This document shows, in pieces, positions 63,589 to 64,000 of a DNA stretch of 64,000 nucleotides. Source of the stretch: a virus; the IMG/VR virus record IMGVR_UViG_3300012683_000008, positions 1 to 64,000 of that record, one strand, 5' to 3'. The translations under genes were made by a program, and so were the position numbers. Under the pieces are notes generated by a model, which made no database searches, had not been told where the DNA came from, and saw only the letters and a list, made by a program, of their open reading frames with translations. The first letter of the stretch is position 1. Every line of letters starts with the position of its first letter.

Positions 63589-64000
63589 ATGCAGGATGAA
63601 GTCTTCGCCACGGTCCAGAAGTATCTGGCGGGTCCGTTCCGCCAACTAGGCGGAGGAAACGTCCTCACAAAGTGTCCGTTCCACAAGGGAGGAGAAGAAG
63701 CGAAACCGTCGTTCTCCATCAACATCCAGACAGGGCTGTTTCACTGCTTCACGGGTGGCTGCAACGTCGCAGGTGGCATTCAGTACCTGCTTCATCTCTT
63801 AGGTCTTCCACGGGACAGGATCGATGCCGAGCTAGCGGGCATTCGACCCATCCTGGAGAAGAACCGAGAGACATACCTCCTGGAGAAGCAGAACGTCTTC
63901 AAGAACAACAACCCCTTCAAGGCGGATGCGATTCTTCCGGAGTCCATCCTTGGGGTCTATGAGTGGGCGCCACAGAAGCTCATCAACGACGGCTTCGACG
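63589..64000 (+). CDS. DNA primase, N-terminal CHC2 zinc finger (runs off the window)
   Basis: ATG 63589 with GAGG RBS; CPFH..E.KPSFSIN...GLFHCF..C. Confidence 0.85.
   Translation, partial: MQDEVFATVQKYLAGPFRQLGGGNVLTKCPFHKGGEEAKPSFSINIQTGLFHCFTGGCNVAGGIQYLLHLLGLPRDRIDAELAGIRPILEKNRETYLLEKQNVFKNNNPFKADAILPESILGVYEWAPQKLINDGFD

Noticed and set aside
1-64000. CRISPR array, integrase/transposase, stop-codon recoding, introns or inteins
   Set aside because: No spaced direct repeats or recombinase motifs seen; genes tile densely under the standard code with intact motifs

Overview
This window is a 64-kb segment of a large, GC-rich myovirus (contractile-tailed phage) genome. The minus strand carries the virion morphogenesis genes: portal, GpA-type large terminase, prohead protease, scaffolds, major capsid protein, neck, a 1212-aa sheath, tube, spike and a Kelch/FN3 protein. 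It also carries a 2079-aa fused beta-beta' multisubunit RNA polymerase, consistent with the multisubunit-RNAP-encoding Caudovirales. Plus-strand islands encode non-structural genes: N4BP2-like kinase, GroES, Csp, RNase HII, SF2 helicase, family-4 UDG, DnaB and primase. Two hidden systems stand out. (1) At least six otherwise unrelated, dispersed proteins share a 17-residue leader (MxxATxx[AS]FxDELEKIA), in five cases followed by glycine-zipper membrane-like helices, and K-x-A sites are dense in the head proteins. This suggests a capsid-targeting and prohead-protease processing code for packaged membrane-active cargo. (2) Several plus-strand transcription units begin with G(G/A)NATAAG and end with a hairpin followed by YTTAG, a candidate promoter/terminator grammar for the phage RNAP. 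The GroES resembles Myxococcota GroES, hinting at the host. All functional calls come from reading motifs by eye; no database searches were run.
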